Source: a virus
Lineage: Duplodnaviria; Heunggongvirae; Uroviricota; Caudoviricetes
Strand: one strand, 5' to 3'
Virus record (IMG/VR): IMGVR_UViG_3300035698_009402
Coordinates: 51,659 to 115,658 of that record
Length of the DNA: 64,000 bases
Position numbers and translations under genes: made by a program. Positions 18,909-27,225 of this stretch are shown piece by piece (within the stretch, counting starts at the first letter, position 1; each line of letters starts with the position of its first letter). The notes under the pieces were generated by a model, which did no database searches, was not told where the DNA came from, and saw only the letters and a program-made list of their open reading frames with translations.

Positions 18909-19493
18909 ATGAAAAAATTATATGTATTGATTGACTGGCAAAATGATTTTGCCAAAAAAGACGGAGCATTGTATGTTCCTAATAATATTAAAGATAAAGA
19001 TATGCATACCTTTTTATGGCGAGGATGTATGTCTAGAGATAGTGTAGGAGTAATGTCTACCCTAGACACTCATTATGAAAATGTTTATCCTAGATTAGAG
19101 GAAAGTAAGCATTTTCCTATTCACTGTATTAAAAACACTTGGGGTTGGGAAAAAGCAGATTCCAAACAATGGGGACTACATAAGATGCATAATCATTGGT
19201 ACATGGAAAAAAATGTATTTAATATGTGGGAGCAACCTGATCTTCTTATACAAGATAATAATACTTTATTTGATATGGTAGATAGAGATATGTTTTTCTA
19301 CTTTTTACGAAAACACGCAGGAGTAAAGGAAATTCATATTGCAGGATTAGCAGCAGATTATTGTGTTAAGTGGGCTATTGAGGGGTTTGTTGAACGTAAG
19401 TTCAACGTGGTGGTACATAAAAATCTTACTGCACATATTAAAACACCTATTGAAGAAGTAGTTAAAAACATGAGAAACGTAAAATTAGTTTAG
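18909..19493 (+). CDS. pncA: nicotinamidase / isochorismatase-family hydrolase
   Basis: N-terminal LYVLIDWQNDF (isochorismatase family VIDMQNDF); catalytic Cys in AADYCVKWA. Confidence 0.6.
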   Translation: MKKLYVLIDWQNDFAKKDGALYVPNNIKDKDMHTFLWRGCMSRDSVGVMSTLDTHYENVYPRLEESKHFPIHCIKNTWGWEKADSKQWGLHKMHNHWYMEKNVFNMWEQPDLLIQDNNTLFDMVDRDMFFYFLRKHAGVKEIHIAGLAADYCVKWAIEGFVERKFNVVVHKNLTAHIKTPIEEVVKNMRNVKLV

Positions 19494-19506
19494 ATGGAGA
19501 AAACAA

Positions 19507-19779
19507 ATGAAAGAAGTAGTATTACTACTATTATTATCAGGTCCTTTACCTGCTAGTTTTAGTTTAGATAATTATGTAGAGCAATTCAGCCCACAAATGG
19601 ATGCCAGAATTGAGTATAAAATGAGACAAGCACCAAAAAAATCGCCTTTAGTAAGAGAGTTTCCAGATATGGAGATTTGTAGGGCTTATTTAAAAAAGCT
19701 TAGGGTATTTTATGATAAAGCTAAAGAACCTATCAGAGAAGATAGTTCTTGTTTAGAAGAAAATAAGAAAAGCTCTTAA
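19507..19779 (+). CDS. hypothetical protein with N-terminal hydrophobic segment
   Basis: 90 aa; VVLLLLLSGPLPASFS signal-like N-terminus. Confidence 0.4.
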   Translation: MKEVVLLLLLSGPLPASFSLDNYVEQFSPQMDARIEYKMRQAPKKSPLVREFPDMEICRAYLKKLRVFYDKAKEPIREDSSCLEENKKSS

Positions 19780-19795
19780 AATAAAAAATTTATGT

Positions 19796-19824
19796 TTGCC
19801 AAAAATACAAATTTCTTATAAAAT
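19796..19824 (+). promoter_or_regulatory. promoter-like TTGCCA-N17-TAAAAT
   Basis: Upstream of the small GC-rich ORF at 19831. Confidence 0.35.
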
Positions 19825-19830
19825 AACAAC

Positions 19831-20019
19831 ATGAATGAGAAAAGACGAAATGCTTTAAAAACATTAGGGCTTGCTGTAGGGGTTGTTTATGCAGCTCCTA
19901 CAGTAACTCGTCTTGATACAGCTAGAGCAGCGTTTCCCAGTCAATGTCCTGGTAGGTCGGGTGGACCTGGTAATGGGTGTTCTAACGGTCAAGGAAACGG
20001 TACAAATGGCGGACACTAG
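19831..20019 (+). CDS. small Tat-signal-like Gly/Cys-rich peptide (uncertain; GC-rich stretch could instead be RNA)
   Basis: KRRNALKTLGLAVGVVYAAP...ARAAF resembles a twin-arginine signal; Gly-rich tail with 2 Cys; promoter at 19796 and terminator at 20155 flank it. Confidence 0.3.
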   Translation: MNEKRRNALKTLGLAVGVVYAAPTVTRLDTARAAFPSQCPGRSGGPGNGCSNGQGNGTNGGH

Positions 20020-20154
20020 CATAACCCGAACAATAAGGGAAAAAATAATTACAATGACTATTAATTCGCATATTAATAAATATAAATTTAGTATTGAAAA
20101 AGATATGACTATCTAGCTATTAGTCGTAAACGCTTTATGTCGTTTATTGTTTTA

Positions 20155-20180
20155 GCTGGGTAGAAATACCCGGCTTTTTT
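20155..20180 (+). terminator. rho-independent terminator
   Basis: Stem GCTGGGTA-GAAA-TACCCGGC followed by TTTTTT. Confidence 0.6.
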
Positions 20181-20346
20181 ATTGGGAGAAATAAATGAAA
20201 ACAGTAAGCTTCTTAAGTGTGCACAGACCTGAATATATTATAGGATATACATGCAATGTATTACAGGGGAAGTTAATATCTTATAAAAAACTAACAAATG
20301 ATAAATTTTGTTATGTTATACAGATAGGAAAAGAAAAGAATATTGA

Positions 20347-20577
20347 ATGTTTGAAGAATTGAATCCTGAAGAGATAAACGTATTATTAACTGCTATAGAA
20401 TTAGAAAATTTACATGATAGATATCCCACCACTAAAGAGGTTTTAGAACAAGAAGGATATGATGTAGCAGATAAGACTAAAGAATTTTTAGATAAACAGT
20501 TTATTGTGAATGAGGAAACCCGAATGTGGCTTCTTCAACAAGGTTATTTGGAATTGAACCCGAAGCATCTACATTAA
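20347..20577 (+). CDS. hypothetical protein
   Basis: 76 aa acidic ORF. Confidence 0.4.
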   Translation: MFEELNPEEINVLLTAIELENLHDRYPTTKEVLEQEGYDVADKTKEFLDKQFIVNEETRMWLLQQGYLELNPKHLH

Positions 20578-20593
20578 AAATTTAAAATCAATA

Positions 20594-20622
20594 TTGCTTA
20601 TTAGTGTTTTATCTTATATAAT
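20594..20622 (+). promoter_or_regulatory. promoter TTGCTT-N17-TATAAT (full consensus)
   Basis: TTGCTT 20594-20599, 17-nt spacer, TATAAT 20617-20622; CDS at 20648. Confidence 0.5.
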
Positions 20623-20647
20623 ATAAAAAATCACATAAGGAATTGCA

Positions 20648-20956
20648 ATGAACGAGCAGCTAGTTTCTAAAGTCAATTTGACCTTGAATAACCTACGAGA
20701 AAAATATAACTGTGTAGAAGGCAAAAAATGGGTTACTGTAGATAAATATGAAAAACTATTTACTGAGCAAAATAAGTCCAACCACAGCGGAGTATTTTAT
20801 AAATTCTGGAAAACCAGATGGTTAGAAGAATGTAATTTTAATCTATACAATAATGTTTTTGATAGTCATTTTAAAGAAACTAAAGACGGTAGAAAATCCG
20901 AAACATTCGCAGTAAAAGCAGAACGTGAGTTCTTAAAACAAGTAAAGAATATTTAA
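20648..20956 (+). CDS. hypothetical protein
   Basis: 102 aa ORF; consensus TTGCTT-N17-TATAAT promoter immediately upstream. Confidence 0.45.
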   Translation: MNEQLVSKVNLTLNNLREKYNCVEGKKWVTVDKYEKLFTEQNKSNHSGVFYKFWKTRWLEECNFNLYNNVFDSHFKETKDGRKSETFAVKAEREFLKQVKNI

Positions 20957-20957
20957 T

Positions 20958-21215
20958 ATGTTATGGACAGCAGAGTTACTTATTGATAAGGAAGTTTCGC
21001 AGGAAGCTGCTACTCACCGTAAGAGCATGAATGAAACTATTGAGAACTGGTTAGTATCGAATAGTGAGTATACTTTAAAGCAGGCTAAGAAAAACGCTCC
21101 ACAGGATATTGAACAAGCTACTGAGTTTGCTATGGAAGTATTACAGATGGTAGCTGATGCTAAGAATAGACTTGGTAGAGTTTGTCCTGATAAGGATCGT
21201 AATAATAAGAATTAA
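20958..21215 (+). CDS. hypothetical protein
   Basis: 85 aa ORF. Confidence 0.4.
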   Translation: MLWTAELLIDKEVSQEAATHRKSMNETIENWLVSNSEYTLKQAKKNAPQDIEQATEFAMEVLQMVADAKNRLGRVCPDKDRNNKN

Positions 21216-21220
21216 TAATT

Positions 21221-21297
21221 GGACGAGTAGCCCTCTGGTGAAGGCAGCGGTCTTTTAAACCGACATAGGATGGGTTCGATTCCCTCCTCGTCTACCA
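21221..21297 (+). tRNA. tRNA, anticodon loop CUUUUAA -> UUU (Lys); T-stem has only 3 clean pairs
   Basis: 7-bp acceptor GGACGAG/CUCGUCU, GGTTCGATTCC T-loop, encoded CCA; hand-folded. Confidence 0.5.
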
Positions 21298-21309
21298 GTT
21301 TTGGGTATC

Positions 21310-21384
21310 GAATGTATAGTAGAATGGTTCTGCAACGGGCTTTTAATCCGCTCATAAGGGGTTCGATTCCTAGCGTGCCTGCCA
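21310..21384 (+). tRNA. tRNA-like element or pseudo-tRNA (Lys-UUU-like anticodon arm; acceptor stem does not pair)
   Basis: D-arm GTAG/CTGC, anticodon arm with CUUUUAA loop, GGTTCGATTCC T-loop and ...GCCA end, but 5'/3' acceptor strands are not complementary. Confidence 0.25.
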
Positions 21385-21453
21385 ATTTAAAGAGAGTTTA
21401 TAATGAAAAAATATGAAAGTCAGTTTTTCTAAGTATTAACTTAGGAGGACTAA

Positions 21454-21705
21454 ATGAGTAGAACATATAGAAGAAAAAACTTAAAAAAACTTAGACATTT
21501 TTATTGGGGTGATAGTAGCGATCCTACTTTTCACAGAGATAGTCATCATTACTCTAATAGATGGGCTAAAGCAGTAAAAAATCATTCTAATAGTGAAGAA
21601 AGAGCGTATATCAGAGCTAGTTTACATAAAGCTAAAAATGATTACAAATACGATATTCAAAATCGTAAAAAATATTTAAAAAGGTTAATTTGGTGTTATG
21701 ACTAG
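21454..21705 (+). CDS. hypothetical basic protein
   Basis: 83 aa, K/R/H-rich; GGAGGA RBS. Confidence 0.4.
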   Translation: MSRTYRRKNLKKLRHFYWGDSSDPTFHRDSHHYSNRWAKAVKNHSNSEERAYIRASLHKAKNDYKYDIQNRKKYLKRLIWCYD

Positions 21706-22459
21706 TATTCAAATCTATAGTGACTTACATTGCGAATTTGGTTATAAAGTTAAGCCCGAAGACTGTGAGGCAGATATTGTTATCTGTGCTGGAGACTTTA
21801 GTAATAACTTAGATCATATTAAGTTAATGAGAGAGTGGCATCCTAGTAGCAAGATTATTTATATTGCGGGAAATCATGAGTTTTATGGTACTGAACCTCT
21901 TGGAGATAGATACAATAATATCTGTCTAGAATGTATAAATCAAGATATATTTTTCCTACAAAATAACCAAGTTATAATAGATAATATACTATTTGTTGGA
22001 GCTACTTTGTGGACAGATTTTAATTTATACAATAATTATAAATTTGATAGATTAGGGTTTGCTTTATTAAACGATAGCAGACTTATTAGGTACTCCAAAA
22101 ATAGTATCATGAGAGATACTCATTGTACACAAGAATTTAATCATTCTATAAAATGTTTGGAGTATTCTTTAAAACAAAAAAAGTATGATAAAAAAGTAGT
22201 TATTTCACATCACGGTGTTAGTCTACAAAGCGTTCATCCAAAGTATACTCAAAAAGATGTAAACAGTTGTTTTAGTAGCGATTTAACTTCCTTTATTGAA
22301 AAACATCAACCTGATTTATGGGTTCATGGACATACTCATGATAGTCATGATTACCTTATTGGAAACACTAGAGTCTTAACTAATCCTAAAGGTTATGAAC
22401 GTTATACTGGAGAAATTGAGAATAAAGAGTGGAATAGGGGTTTAGTTGTTGAACTATAA
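21698..22459 (+). CDS. calcineurin-like metallophosphoesterase
   Basis: VICAGDFSNN, IAGNHE, HGHTHDSHD metallophosphoesterase motifs. Confidence 0.6.
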   Translation: MTSIQIYSDLHCEFGYKVKPEDCEADIVICAGDFSNNLDHIKLMREWHPSSKIIYIAGNHEFYGTEPLGDRYNNICLECINQDIFFLQNNQVIIDNILFVGATLWTDFNLYNNYKFDRLGFALLNDSRLIRYSKNSIMRDTHCTQEFNHSIKCLEYSLKQKKYDKKVVISHHGVSLQSVHPKYTQKDVNSCFSSDLTSFIEKHQPDLWVHGHTHDSHDYLIGNTRVLTNPKGYERYTGEIENKEWNRGLVVEL

Positions 22460-22710
22460 AATAGAGTTTAGTGAAATAACAAAAGTTTATAGTTTATATA
22501 CAACAACTAGCCCTTATTTTTGTTTACAAAGTAATTGTATAATTGATTTATTAGAAAAAAAAGATAGATTAATAGAATTTTATGAAAGAAGTTTACTTAA
22601 ATGACTCACTGGATTATAGAACAAAATGTGTTTTCAGAAGATTGTTTTAATAGTTCTGGATTTTATAAATGTAATGCACCAGATATTATGAGTTCAATTA
22701 ATAAACTAAT

Positions 22711-22801
22711 GGAGAGTAAATCAGTCAGGGACTGAGCCTGTTTGCTAAACAGTTCGTGCTACTAATACTAGCATGGGGATCGGGACCTCTGCTCTCCGCC
22801 A
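22711..22801 (+). tRNA. tRNA-Ser (anticodon GCU), type II, unusual T-loop AUCGGGA
   Basis: Acceptor GGAGAGU/GCUCUCC + G + CCA; anticodon stem CUGU/ACAG with loop UUGCUAA; long variable arm; 91 nt. Confidence 0.55.
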
Positions 22802-22806
22802 TTTTA

Positions 22807-22897
22807 GGAAAGGCAAGCCAATAGGCGGTGGCCGCTGTTTTGAAAACAGTTAGGACTAATCAGTGTCGTGAGAGTTCGATTCTCTCTCTTTCCGCCA
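22807..22897 (+). tRNA. tRNA-Ser (anticodon UGA), type II
   Basis: Acceptor GGAAAGG/UCUUUCC + G + CCA; anticodon stem GCUGU/ACAGU, loop UUUGAAA; T-arm GAGAG-UUCGAUU-CUCUC; 91 nt. Confidence 0.65.
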
Positions 22898-22914
22898 TTT
22901 TAAAGGATAATAAA

Positions 22915-23112
22915 ATGCATAGACAAACTTTTACAGGATATATGGACTTAACTACTTGGGACTGGGATATAGAAAGTGGTGCTGGAGGCGATATATATCC
23001 CAGTGAATCCAGTTGTCGTGAAAACAATAAAACACATATAGAAGAATGCGGCATAGTACAAGTTACTGTAACAATAAATAAAATAATTAAAGAAGCACAA
23101 GATGAATATTAA
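22915..23112 (+). CDS. hypothetical protein
   Basis: Start trimmed to the ATG at 22915 because the longer ORF overlaps tRNA-Ser (22807-22897). Confidence 0.3.
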   Translation: MHRQTFTGYMDLTTWDWDIESGAGGDIYPSESSCRENNKTHIEECGIVQVTVTINKIIKEAQDEY

Positions 23113-23224
23113 AGATATGGTTAAGGATAAGAAAGTGCGTTTTACTTTCTATAGAGCAGGGAATCTTTATTACGAAACTGATGATGGTTTTGAGTTTCCC
23201 GTACCTATTGAAGATATTGGATAA
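23102..23224 (+). CDS. small hypothetical protein (40 aa)
   Basis: ATG overlapping the upstream stop; MNIKDMVKDKKVRFTFYRAGNLYYETDDGFEFPVPIEDIG. Confidence 0.3.
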   Translation: MNIKDMVKDKKVRFTFYRAGNLYYETDDGFEFPVPIEDIG

Positions 23225-23865
23225 GCAACTTTCCCTTCAGAAGAAAAAGCTATTATGTTTATGAGATATATTAGAAAACATTTAAAGACTTTGGAAGAGG
23301 AATAATGAATAAAGAAGATTTAGTAGGAGTTGTATATTCTCCTAAGTATGGGGGAAATATAGATTCATCGGTAGATAGATTAGATACTAAACTGGTGGAG
23401 CTAGTTTTGTGAAAAAACTTTCCCGAAATACAAAAATATATAAAAACTAAGTATCCTAAGATTTATACATCTAATGTTTTAGATTTTAAGGTTGAGTGGT
23501 TGCCACAAAAAATACTAAATTTATTGTAAAAGAATATGATGGATGGGAATCTGTAGTAACTATGGATGAAATAGATTGGTTATCTACTTAATAAGATAAC
23601 CTATAATAAAATGTAGATAACTGAATATACTAGTTAACATTTTCAGTAAAACTCGTTTATTAATTTAGTAATATTATTTAGCTGAAATATTACAAACAAT
23701 ATAATGCTTGCAGCTATGAGCGTTATTAATGAAATTAATAAAAGGGGATCTACAACCAATTACCGGTTTGGGTCGTCCGGTCAGTAACAAGCAAGAAATA
23801 TAAGACACGATTAGGTTGCGTAAGTTGTATTTCTCTAGAGTTAGATACTGATAAAACCCTGCAAC

Positions 23866-23940
23866 GGTGGAGTAGCTCAATGGTAGAGCGATAGGTTGAA
23901 GCCCTGTGCGTAGTAAGTTCGATTCTTACCTCCATCACCA
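23866..23940 (+). tRNA. tRNA-Phe (anticodon GAA)
   Basis: GGTGGAGTAGCTCAATGGTAGAGC 5' end; anticodon loop UUGAAGC; T-arm GTAAG-TTCGATT-CTTAC; encoded CCA. Confidence 0.8.
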
Positions 23941-23959
23941 ATTATTAGGAAAAATAATT

Positions 23960-24313
23960 ATGCCTTGGATAAATAAAACAAGAAATGAAGTAGCAAGGTA
24001 TAAAGTAGAACATTATTCCGTAGGAGTAGGGGGTAGTTATACTAAGCATTTAAATAAAGCAAAATTTATTAGAAAAGATGCTACCAACTATATTAATGAA
24101 CTTAATAAAATAAGCAAACAAAATCGTGAAATAGCGCAAATATTAAAATTAATAATAAAAGATGAGCTAGAATTACAAAAAGCAGCAGATTTCGTAGTTA
24201 AGTGGATAGAGGGAGATCCTAAATATTATTGTCATAAACCTACATATGCTTCTAAAGAATTAAGTAATAGAATTGACAGTGTGTTTTCTATGGTAGAATT
24301 TGATAACAATTAA
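23960..24313 (+). CDS. hypothetical protein
   Basis: Start moved to ATG 23960 (the longer ORF overlaps tRNA-Phe); 117 aa. Confidence 0.4.
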   Translation: MPWINKTRNEVARYKVEHYSVGVGGSYTKHLNKAKFIRKDATNYINELNKISKQNREIAQILKLIIKDELELQKAADFVVKWIEGDPKYYCHKPTYASKELSNRIDSVFSMVEFDNN

Positions 24314-24374
24314 CTGTATTATTAATTCAAGCTCTTCTATACTGTTTTATAACATACAACAGTAAAAGGAATGA

Positions 24375-25559
24375 ATGAAACAATTATATAATCAAACATC
24401 AAAGATAATGGGAATTAGTGGAGAAACTTATTATACTGTTGACGGATCTATTAGTCATGTACTATTAGATCATATGATACCCGCTGGAGACCCTATTACA
24501 TTAATTACTAGAAATCATCCTAGTACAAAAATAATAGTTCATTTACCTCCCGGAGCTATATGGGATCAGACAGACGACCCTAATACTCCCGAAGATGAAA
24601 AAACTTCTGCACGACAGATAGGCCCTCAATCCTGTCAGAAAATATTTAGAAGAAGCACTGGATTATTCAATTTTATTGAAAATATTCCAGATGTTAGTTC
24701 TGAGCCAAAACCTGCTTTTGATAAAGTTATGATAGTAGCAGGGCAAAGTTTAGCAAAACCTTTTCACAATGATTATAGTTATAATGGGTTAGCAGAAAAT
24801 ACTAATTCTAAAATAAACATTATAAACGCCGCTTACGGTGGGAGTAGTGTTTTTCAAACAGGATCTAGTACTAATTACTGGTTAGAAAGTGATTTAAGTA
24901 ATGGTCCTAGACTTACAGAATCTATAGCAAATATACAAGGACATACTGCTGACTATATTTTTTGGTCTCAGGGAAACGGGGATACTCTTAATTTACGAAA
25001 TGAAGAATATACTGCTAGTAAGTATGCTGAGGGAGTATTAAAGATACTAACAGTGTTGGGTCATCCAAATATACCTGTTTATGTACAAAATGTAAGTTAT
25101 ACTAGAAATGTTTCATTAAGTTCTGGTTTTGAGAAATTAAGAGAAGCATATAGACAAGTTAAAGCAGTTAATAATATATTTATGTACGATAATTACGATA
25201 TTATTTCTACAGATGGTACTCATCCAGATATTAGCAGTAAAATAATAGCAGGAAAAAGATTAGCTAAAGTAATATCAGGTACGGACAGTCAACCTTATGT
25301 TACTAGTAAAGTTAACATAGCAGATAATATAACTAATTTAACTTTTAGTGAAATTCTTAAGCCTGTTAGTTTCAGGGGTTTACATTCTACTAGTAATATA
25401 GATAAATTAATTTGGCTAAATTATACTACTTTACAAATACATCACGCACCAGAAACGGTAGTTCCTGTATTTAGTTACCCATACGGTAGTGGGTGGGATT
25501 TAGATTTATCAGATATACCCAGTAATAATGATTTTTGTTTACAAAGCTTTAAGGTATAA
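24375..25559 (+). CDS. SGNH/GDSL-family hydrolase-like protein (possible virion-associated esterase)
   Basis: 394 aa; DGTHPD (SGNH block V DGxHP), FWSQGNGD and AGQSLA blocks. Confidence 0.45.
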   Translation: MKQLYNQTSKIMGISGETYYTVDGSISHVLLDHMIPAGDPITLITRNHPSTKIIVHLPPGAIWDQTDDPNTPEDEKTSARQIGPQSCQKIFRRSTGLFNFIENIPDVSSEPKPAFDKVMIVAGQSLAKPFHNDYSYNGLAENTNSKINIINAAYGGSSVFQTGSSTNYWLESDLSNGPRLTESIANIQGHTADYIFWSQGNGDTLNLRNEEYTASKYAEGVLKILTVLGHPNIPVYVQNVSYTRNVSLSSGFEKLREAYRQVKAVNNIFMYDNYDIISTDGTHPDISSKIIAGKRLAKVISGTDSQPYVTSKVNIADNITNLTFSEILKPVSFRGLHSTSNIDKLIWLNYTTLQIHHAPETVVPVFSYPYGSGWDLDLSDIPSNNDFCLQSFKV

Positions 25560-25574
25560 AAAATAAATTCACTA

Positions 25575-25603
25575 TTGCTTCTAATAGTAAAATAAAATAT
25601 TAT
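25575..25603 (+). promoter_or_regulatory. promoter TTGCTT-N17-TATTAT upstream of tRNA-Cys
   Basis: -10 ends ~21 nt before the tRNA 5' end at 25625. Confidence 0.45.
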
Positions 25604-25624
25604 AAGGAATAAGAAATTAATTTA

Positions 25625-25698
25625 AGCTTGGTGGCGGAGTGGTAACGCGGCGATCTGCAAAATCGTTTACAGGAGTTCGAATCTCCTCCAAGCTTCCA
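25625..25698 (+). tRNA. tRNA-Cys (anticodon GCA)
   Basis: Acceptor AGCTTGG/CCAAGCT; anticodon loop CUGCAAA; T-arm AGGAG-TTCGAAT-CTCCT; CCA; promoter at 25575. Confidence 0.8.
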
Positions 25699-25769
25699 AT
25701 TATTCTCGCGTGCGGAAACATACTATATCTAGAATAATGCAGAGGTTCAACTCCTAAGAGGATAGCTTA

Positions 25770-26027
25770 ATGACACGTTATTACACAATTTATGACACAG
25801 ATAATAGTCTAATAAATATTATTAATAATAGTTTAAATCCTAAAATTAGGAGAAAAGCTATATTAGAATATTTATCTATACACGAAATTTTATATATTAA
25901 TTCTAAATATTATTCTAACTATGTAAATGCTAGAGATATTAAGTATTTACTAAATAGAAAGTTAATATCTCTTAAAAGAGATACATACAAAATAGAAAGA
26001 AGAACTAGTTATATAGAGTTAAAATGA
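25770..26027 (+). CDS. hypothetical protein
   Basis: 85 aa ORF between tRNA-Cys and tRNA-His. Confidence 0.4.
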   Translation: MTRYYTIYDTDNSLINIINNSLNPKIRRKAILEYLSIHEILYINSKYYSNYVNARDIKYLLNRKLISLKRDTYKIERRTSYIELK

Positions 26028-26189
26028 ATGTCAGATATAAAATTCAATACAATAGAAGAAATAATCAAACATATTTCCTCAAAACATGCTGAACGTACTT
26101 GGGTAGGAATAGGCTACAGTAAACAAGATTTAATAAACGATTTAGCAAACATTAATAAATTACGTGGCAATGATGTAACGGTAGCATAG
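26028..26189 (+). CDS. small hypothetical protein (53 aa); 3' end overlaps tRNA-His
   Basis: ATG overlapping the upstream stop (TGAATG); overlaps tRNA 26164-26236 by 26 nt, so doubtful. Confidence 0.25.
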   Translation: MSDIKFNTIEEIIKHISSKHAERTWVGIGYSKQDLINDLANINKLRGNDVTVA

Positions 26190-26236
26190 TAGACTGTGAA
26201 TCTACTCGTCAGGGTTCAAATCCCGTTGTCACCCCA
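26164..26236 (+). tRNA. tRNA-His (anticodon GUG), no encoded G-1, C73
   Basis: Acceptor GTGGCAA/TTGTCAC + C + CCA; perfect anticodon arm GTAGA-CTGTGAA-TCTAC; short T-stem. Confidence 0.55.
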
Positions 26237-26241
26237 ATTAT

Positions 26242-26325
26242 CCAAGAGTTGAACAGGTGGTGAGTTCCAGTGTCTGTAAAACACTCGCTTAAGCTAAGTA
26301 GGTTCGATTCCTACCTCTTGGACCA
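26242..26325 (+). tRNA. tRNA-Tyr (anticodon GUA), type II
   Basis: Acceptor CCAAGAG/CTCTTGG + A + CCA; anticodon arm AGTGT-CTGTAAA-ACACT; long variable arm; T-arm GTAGG-TTCGATT-CCTAC. Confidence 0.7.
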
Positions 26326-26347
26326 ATTATAAAGAAAGAAAAATAAA

Positions 26348-26503
26348 ATGTACTTAGTATGGGCTTACTATGATTATTATCCTTCGGGACCTGATGATTT
26401 GCAAAAGATATGCTACTCTAGAGAGCAGGCAGAACGATATATAGAAGAAAACCTTTCTGATACTCATTATGATAACGTGGAGATAACAGAATATCATGAC
26501 TGA
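26348..26503 (+). CDS. small hypothetical protein (51 aa)
   Basis: ATG at 26348; its stop overlaps the start of the exonuclease gene. Confidence 0.3.
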   Translation: MYLVWAYYDYYPSGPDDLQKICYSREQAERYIEENLSDTHYDNVEITEYHD

Positions 26504-26993
26504 TATAGTAGTGGACGTAGAGGCGGACGGACCTTGTCCGGGTCTTTATAGCATGATTTCTTTTGGGGCTGTAGAACTTTCTACTATGAAGGGGTTTTAT
26601 GTAGAGTTAAAGCCTATCAGCGATCATTTTGATTCTGGAGCATTAAACGCTTGTAATTTTACTAGAGAACAGACTATGGAGTTTCCTAGTGCTGAACTAG
26701 CTATGACACAATTTGATAAGTGGTTGAAACAATTTAATAAGCCGTTAACTTTTTGGAGTGATAATAACGGTTTTGATTGGCAATTTATTAATTACTATTT
26801 TCATCTATGCAATAGTAATAATCCTTTTGGATTTAGTTCTAGACGTATTGGAGATTATTATTGTGGACAAGAAAATAATGTTAGAGCTAATAGACATTGG
26901 AAGAAACTTAGAAAGACTAAGCACACCCATAATGCTTTAGATGATGCTATGGGAAATGCAGAAGCTCTTAAGGTAATACTTAATAGGAAGTAA
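26496..26993 (+). CDS. DEDDh-family 3'-5' exonuclease (DnaQ/RNase T-like)
   Basis: VDVEADGP (Exo I DxE), C-terminal HNALDDAMGNAEA (Exo III H-x4-D). Confidence 0.6.
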   Translation: MTDIVVDVEADGPCPGLYSMISFGAVELSTMKGFYVELKPISDHFDSGALNACNFTREQTMEFPSAELAMTQFDKWLKQFNKPLTFWSDNNGFDWQFINYYFHLCNSNNPFGFSSRRIGDYYCGQENNVRANRHWKKLRKTKHTHNALDDAMGNAEALKVILNRK

Positions 26994-27133
26994 ATGACTA
27001 AATGACTGAGTTAGAGAACTTATTTAAGAGGTTAGAAGATAAAAATACTATAAGTTTTCATGCAACCGTAGAAAAAGGCGCAGATTTAGAAAAAGTGGCT
27101 AAAACTATAAATAAAGTATTAGACCATAGAGAT

Positions 27134-27206
27134 AGCTGAGAAGGTCGGTACCTAGTTAGTTTTCATAAGACTGATGTAGTGAGTTCAACTCTCACCTTAG
27201 CTACCA
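27134..27206 (+). tRNA. tRNA-Met (anticodon CAU; initiator, elongator or Ile2 not distinguished)
   Basis: Acceptor AGCTGAG/CTTAGCT + A + CCA; anticodon arm TAGTT-TTCATAA-GACTG; T-arm GTGAG-TTCAACT-CTCAC. Confidence 0.7.
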
Positions 27207-27225
27207 ATTAAGAAGAAAGATACAT

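Noticed and set aside
19913-20116. Alternative ORF overlapping the Tat-like peptide ORF in another frame.
   Set aside because: It has no start context or motif support and overlaps 19831-20019. The choice between the two frames, or an RNA, stays open, so only the peptide ORF is listed, at low confidence.
21221-21297. Reading the CUUUUAA loop of the first tRNA as UUA (ochre suppressor).
   Set aside because: A fold placing UUA at 34-36 needs a stem with a C-C clash. The 4-bp stem CGGU/ACCG with the 7-nt loop gives UUU (Lys) cleanly.
22860-23054. ORFs overlapping tRNA genes or the ncRNA block: 22860-23054(-), 23674-23880(-), 23750-23941(-), 28739-28924(+), 28759-28959(-), 34611-34832(-), 35115-35336(-), 36406-36693(-), 37737-37979(+), 52496-52699(-), 52754-52990(-), 54973-55167(-), 55484-55690(-).
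   Set aside because: They overlap confidently folded tRNAs or lie in the GC-rich non-coding block. Their long reading frames are explained by GC-rich RNA sequence, not by coding.
25699-25770. Perfect 8-bp inverted repeat ATTATTCT...AGAATAAT (25702-25740) and a T-arm-like GAGGTTCAACTCC after tRNA-Cys.
   Set aside because: There is no acceptor or anticodon arm and no T-run. It is noted as an unexplained hairpin only, possibly a processing site.
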